Assembly: GCA_001781415.1 (NCBI GenBank)
Contig: MFLT01000008.1
Location: 101,916-162,624, forward strand
Reading direction: 5' to 3'
Length of the DNA: 60,709 nt
Origin: Candidatus Kaiserbacteria bacterium RIFCSPLOWO2_01_FULL_45_25
Lineage (GTDB): Bacteria; Patescibacteriota; Minisyncoccia; Phycocordibacterales; UBA918
In this document: piece after piece, positions 56,933 to 60,709 of the stretch
Numbering within the stretch: position 1 is the first letter of the stretch
Layout of the letters: the number at the start of each line of letters is the position of its first letter
Notes under the pieces: model-generated
Seen by the model: only the letters and a program-made list of their open reading frames with translations
The model's database searches: none
Told to the model about the DNA's origin: nothing
Made by a program: the position numbers and the translations under genes

Positions 56933-57697
56933 TTACCGATACAAAAGCACTCGCGCACCTTTGATGGCCGGGCCAGAGAGTGAGAGGAGGTTCAGCAGCT
57001 CATCGTTGAGCAACCGCACACACCCTAGTGTCTCATCTGCGAGGAAGTTCTCAGCGTCGTACCCACCGGTGCCGTGTATGTGTCGTGTGACCCAACTCGG
57101 CCGCAACTCCGCACCAACTTTCCAGTCAATGAGGATTTTGGCAACGCCCATGGCGTTGAGCTCATGGCCGGGTTCGAAACAACCCGGCGGCAGCTCTGGG
57201 TACTTCAGGCGAGCACTTTTGGTCGGACACCACCAAGGGTTTTTATCAACCGACTTGATGTATCCTTCCACCGCATCAGCATGAAGCTGATGCGGTTGCA
57301 CCGTGACCACCACCCAACCTTCAATCGGACTGACGATTCCCTTCTCGTCTTGGTGATAGAGCAGCAATTTCTTGCTAGCAGTATCAACGAGTAGGTTAAG
57401 GCCAGTCACAAGTGGTCGCGGCGGTATCTCCGGCGGTGTGAACCGCCCACCCTCAATTTCTTGAGAGATGGTTTCCCAGCATTCATCAAGTTGGGTATCA
57501 AGACACCCTTCTCGTTGTTGTTGGGTTTGATGAACAATGAAGTCACCAAGCTGTCTCGACATCACTCGCGACTCCGCAGCCTGAGCTGGGAGCGAGAACG
57601 ATATCCAGAACGCAAACGATAGCAGGGCCAACACGAGACCCTTAAGTGCAAGCATGACCCACCGGCCAAACTTGGTTCGAGATTGGGTCAAAGGCAT
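56933..57697 (-). CDS. YkuD-family L,D-transpeptidase; SD-bearing accessory gene
   Basis: N-terminal TM/signal; NPWWCPT, NAMG, HIHGT and TLGCVRL with catalytic His and Cys intact; start moved to ATG 57697 (GGAGGT 6 nt upstream). Confidence 0.88.
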   Translation of the reverse strand: MPLTQSRTKFGRWVMLALKGLVLALLSFAFWISFSLPAQAAESRVMSRQLGDFIVHQTQQQREGCLDTQLDECWETISQEIEGGRFTPPEIPPRPLVTGLNLLVDTASKKLLLYHQDEKGIVSPIEGWVVVTVQPHQLHADAVEGYIKSVDKNPWWCPTKSARLKYPELPPGCFEPGHELNAMGVAKILIDWKVGAELRPSWVTRHIHGTGGYDAENFLADETLGCVRLLNDELLNLLSLSGPAIKGARVLLYR

Positions 57698-57767
57698 GCA
57701 GGAACCTCCAGTACAAAGAATTGAATAAAGAATTGAATTGCGAAAGAACAAACACCAATTACTGGTG

Positions 57768-57776
57768 ATTATACCA
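57768..57776 (-). promoter_or_regulatory. Extended -10 promoter
   Basis: TG-G-TATAAT on the minus strand. Confidence 0.6.
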
Positions 57777-57879
57777 CAAATCTACAAAAAAGCTACAAAA
57801 GAAAAGACCCTAGCAAGTATGTTAGCTAGGGCCTTAGAGGGCTTGGTCAAGAACAAAGGGACAAACGAAAGGAAGAAGA

Positions 57880-58815
57880 TCAGGCCACCTCGGGACCAGG
57901 CGTGAAGACCGGCGTAATGCGAGATCTCAAATGATCACCAAACTGCCCGGGTGCGGCTGCAGTTTTGGCAGCACCACCACGACGCGACAAAGCGACGAGA
58001 CTGAAAATAATCGCCAGCACGGAAATCAATCCGAGCACAGCAATCGCTATCCACAACTTGCCCAAGTGCTTGGCAAGACCATCGACCTTTTCTGAGGACG
58101 TTTTTGCCATGTTGAATGCCGTTTGTGCTTGACCACCAACGGCAGCGAGGCCAGTCGTGTGATGATTGACAGCAAGCTCGAGCTTCTCCACCTTCCCTTC
58201 CACCACTTTGACGCGGTTGGTCAGGTCGACGATCGTTTGCGTTTCCGCAACGATCTTCGCCACATCACTTTTGAGCGCAGCTCGGCTGAGAGCCGTCTGC
58301 AACTCGCCGATGCGTCGATTGGTAGCGCCGAACTTCTTGTTCAAAGCCTCCAGCTGTTGCTGGACGTTATCGACAGTCACGACCGGGGCCGGGGGCGTTT
58401 GCACTTGGGGTGCAGCCGCGGCCGGAACCAGCGTGGTCGGCGGAGCAGAGGTTGTTGCCACTGCCACCACCTTCACGTCCGGCAACTTGAGGTTGCCCGC
58501 GTATTTACGGAACTCACCAACCGTCATTTCTGCCGGCAGGTTGTTGACCACCATGTTGAGGCTATGGAAGCCCACGCGCGAGACACTGCCCTGTTGGGCC
58601 TCATCCAGTGCGTTGTACATGGCGTTACTTACGCCGACCGTCTGGAAACGGTCAGAGCCGGGTTTCATCAACCCATCAGCCACCAGCGCCTGGGAGAACT
58701 GTTTCCAGCCCTCACCATCCGCGTAGTCCGACAGATCCACCGTCTTGGCCGAAGCGGCGAAGGCGATGGACACCATCAGCAGAAATGCGGCGAAGCCGCG
58801 GAAAATCTTCTTCAT
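57880..58815 (-). CDS. Secreted, membrane-anchored protein with a Pro/Thr linker and coiled coil
   Basis: Signal peptide (..IAFAASA), heptad region, C-terminal TM; GGAG 7 nt before ATG. Confidence 0.8.
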   Translation of the reverse strand: MKKIFRGFAAFLLMVSIAFAASAKTVDLSDYADGEGWKQFSQALVADGLMKPGSDRFQTVGVSNAMYNALDEAQQGSVSRVGFHSLNMVVNNLPAEMTVGEFRKYAGNLKLPDVKVVAVATTSAPPTTLVPAAAAPQVQTPPAPVVTVDNVQQQLEALNKKFGATNRRIGELQTALSRAALKSDVAKIVAETQTIVDLTNRVKVVEGKVEKLELAVNHHTTGLAAVGGQAQTAFNMAKTSSEKVDGLAKHLGKLWIAIAVLGLISVLAIIFSLVALSRRGGAAKTAAAPGQFGDHLRSRITPVFTPGPEVA

Positions 58816-58870
58816 GTTTCTTCTCCAAATTGGTTGAAGGCGGGGTTGGGTTTAACCCCGCCCCCACCAA

Positions 58871-59452
58871 TTAGTTGGGCTTGAACTTGCAGGTGCTGCA
58901 GGTTCCGCCACCAGTGACATTCGCACTGGAGTTGGACGAGCTTCCGCTCACCGCGAGCGCCCCGGCGTTGCCGCCGCGACCGCCTTGGCCACCTTGGCCA
59001 CCTTCGCCGCCAAAAGCGACGTTGTTGTTGATGGTGTCAATGCAGCCGCCGTTGGTGCAAATCTTTCCCTGCTTGCGTTGCAGGGCAGATTGGACCACGT
59101 AGTTCGCGACACCATTAACACCAGCACCGACCCCAACCTTGGTCAGCTCACCCGCCAAAGCAGGCGACCCTTGCACGGTCAGTTGGTCGAACTCCTTGCA
59201 GGCGTTCTCTTGCACAATCAGCGCCGGGTCCTTCTCATAGGCTTTCGCCTTTTCGAGACTGATCTGCTTCTTGAAGGTGCATTTCTTGGCCTCTGACGTG
59301 GTCATGCCGTCCGCACCCGGACTGACAGATGACGCAGTCATCATGCTGGTCCGTGTCGGGTCGACTTTTGCCACGCTGGCGCAACCGGTCAAAACGACCG
59401 AAGCCACAAGCAGAGACCACAGCGCGATGCGCTGGAAAAATGAAACTTTCAT
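58871..59452 (-). CDS. Lipoprotein with a Gly-rich, Cys-containing C-terminus
   Basis: Lipobox LTGC; GGQGGQGGRGG; CTNGGC and CSTC; AGGAG 6 nt before ATG. Confidence 0.8.
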   Translation of the reverse strand: MKVSFFQRIALWSLLVASVVLTGCASVAKVDPTRTSMMTASSVSPGADGMTTSEAKKCTFKKQISLEKAKAYEKDPALIVQENACKEFDQLTVQGSPALAGELTKVGVGAGVNGVANYVVQSALQRKQGKICTNGGCIDTINNNVAFGGEGGQGGQGGRGGNAGALAVSGSSSNSSANVTGGGTCSTCKFKPN

Positions 59453-59488
59453 GACTATCTCCTAGATGAATGGTGGGAAGGAAGGAAA

Positions 59489-59872
59489 TTACTCGCAGAC
59501 CCTGGCGTAGGTTGTAGTCTGACCACCAGGGATGATTGCACCTTGTCCAGGTGAAAACCATGGTCCCAGACACGAATTCAAAATTTGGCCGTGGATTTCA
59601 ATCACTTGCGAAGCAGTGGTAGTGGCCCCGATCAAAACCCATTTGCAGGTCTTTGTAGGGGTAGCCGTCACCACAGGTGGCACAACCTTCTTCGGCGGCG
59701 AAGCCTTGGAGGGTGGAGCCTTCTTTGCAGGGGGCGACATCACTGTCGGCACCCCGGGTTTCTTGCCATCAGCTTGCGCTGGCGTCATGTTGAGCACGAA
59801 GCCCATCATGACCATGAGGAGCGCGAGCAGAATCTGCCCGCACTTGGTTTGGGTCTTTGCGATTGCTCGCAT
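59489..59872 (-). CDS. Secreted Pro/Lys-rich hypothetical protein
   Basis: Signal peptide ending PAQA, PPAKKAPPSKASPPKK, three mature Cys; AAAGGAG 6 nt before ATG. Confidence 0.75.
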   Translation of the reverse strand: MRAIAKTQTKCGQILLALLMVMMGFVLNMTPAQADGKKPGVPTVMSPPAKKAPPSKASPPKKVVPPVVTATPTKTCKWVLIGATTTASQVIEIHGQILNSCLGPWFSPGQGAIIPGGQTTTYARVCE

Positions 59873-59933
59873 ATCGAACTCCTTTCGTAGTTGTCAAAGA
59901 ACGCGGGATTGCGTCCCTTTAAATTCATTAAGT

Positions 59934-59962
59934 ATACTACCATACTTTTACACAAAAAGCAA
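59934..59962 (-). promoter_or_regulatory. sigma70-type promoter for the 59872-57880 genes
   Basis: TTGCTT-17 bp-TAGTAT on the minus strand. Confidence 0.55.
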
Positions 59963-60002
59963 GGGCTAGAGCATCTTTATCTATAGCCCTATTTTAAAAA
60001 AG

Positions 60003-60027
60003 AACCCGTCTCAGAAAGAGACGGGTT
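60003..60027. terminator. Terminator hairpin
   Basis: AACCCGTCTC-AGAAA-GAGACGGGTT. Confidence 0.75.
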
Positions 60028-60075
60028 GGGTTGGATACGGGCGATCAAGCCCGCTTTGGTCAAATGACCAGGACC

Positions 60076-60498
60076 TTATTGGCCCTTCGTGAAGCCAACC
60101 ATGGCTTCGGCGTTGGTCACACTCGAGACACCAGCCTGGACACCGGAACCGCGAGAAAACGCGGCGCCGATGGCAGTGACCTTCTGACGAGCAGAGCCCT
60201 GTACGGTGTACGTGGCCTCGCCACAGCCGCCGGGGCAAGCGCTTCCAGCTGCATCGAGGGTGATGTTCATCACAGACGAACCTTCTTTGGTCACCTTCGA
60301 GAAGCCCTTCTGGCCTTCAAAGACCGAGATGGCGGTGCCAGCGGTGCCAGCCACACCATGAATGGTCAGGCCGGTGCCGACGGGGTTGGTGCTGGGCGTG
60401 CAACCACTGCAGGTCTGGGCCATGGCGGGTGCCGAAGCAAAGGCCAGGGTGGTCAGGGCGGCGGCGATGGCGGTACGGGGGAAAGAACGGAAGTTCAT
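60076..60498 (-). CDS. Secreted Gly/Ala/Thr-rich protein with CxxC and CxxxC motifs
   Basis: Signal peptide ending PAMA, CSGC, CPGGC; AAGGAG 6 nt before ATG. Confidence 0.78.
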   Translation of the reverse strand: MNFRSFPRTAIAAALTTLAFASAPAMAQTCSGCTPSTNPVGTGLTIHGVAGTAGTAISVFEGQKGFSKVTKEGSSVMNITLDAAGSACPGGCGEATYTVQGSARQKVTAIGAAFSRGSGVQAGVSSVTNAEAMVGFTKGQ

Positions 60499-60645
60499 GG
60501 CAGGCTCCTTAAAGGTTGCCAGGTTGAAGTGTGGAAGTTGCCGAGATGGCGACCTCCGGAAAGCCCCGCCGAAGCGAGAGCTTTGAAGGTTGGGGCTTTT
60601 TTGAATTAGCCACCTGGGACCCTCACTTCAACAGAACTAAGCAGG

Positions 60646-60673
60646 ATTATACACACTTTTACAAGTCTGTCAA
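60646..60673 (-). promoter_or_regulatory. Consensus sigma70 promoter
   Basis: TTGACA-16 bp-TATAAT, both hexamers perfect. Confidence 0.8.
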
Positions 60674-60709
60674 GTATGAAAATTTAGCGGTGTGGCTATG
60701 GTGGTCAGG

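Noticed and set aside
57715-57738. 12-bp tandem duplication (AAAGAATTGAAT x2) in the LDT 5' UTR
   Set aside because: Only two copies; most simply a U-rich translation enhancer or slippage duplication.
58123-60609. Long overlapping plus-strand ORFs (58123-58884, 58166-58726, 59532-59969, 60031-60609); similarly 8059-8778, 10502-11158, 16301-16825, 47157-47651, 56664-57284
   Set aside because: Antisense shadows of GC-rich minus-strand genes that have SDs, signal peptides or catalytic motifs; the plus-strand frames have none.

Overview
Chromosomal window from a Patescibacteria (CPR) genome, most likely Parcubacteria/OD1. This is inferred from the 16S signatures, the reduced gene set, the CPR-type pilin and coupling ATPase, and the standard genetic code with TGA used as stop. 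There are three layers of content. (1) Minus-strand housekeeping genes: gatB start, obgE, secA, a histone H1-like protein, murB, yvcK, rsmI, murC, murD, a stand-alone 16S rRNA gene, plus a tRNA-Ile(GAT) on the plus strand. (2) A roughly 26-kb plus-strand surface-glycan locus (8955-34597) with gmd/fcl, a membrane GT-C-like/kinase/class II aldolase triple fusion, two nucleotidyltransferases, GtrA, GT2s, Wzx, three methyltransferase-like genes and a GT11 fucosyltransferase. (3) Fourteen GC-richer, minus-strand accessory genes, most with their own sigma70-type promoter, a 5' hairpin and a terminator, and all with a Shine-Dalgarno motif. The most striking observation is that the 16S rRNA here has lost the anti-SD (GGATTAATTCCAA instead of GGATCACCTCCTT) and the core genes I inspected lack SD motifs, yet these 14 accessory genes carry canonical, correctly spaced SD motifs. 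No CRISPR array, transposase, integrase or prophage was seen. All calls come from manual motif reading; no database searches were run.
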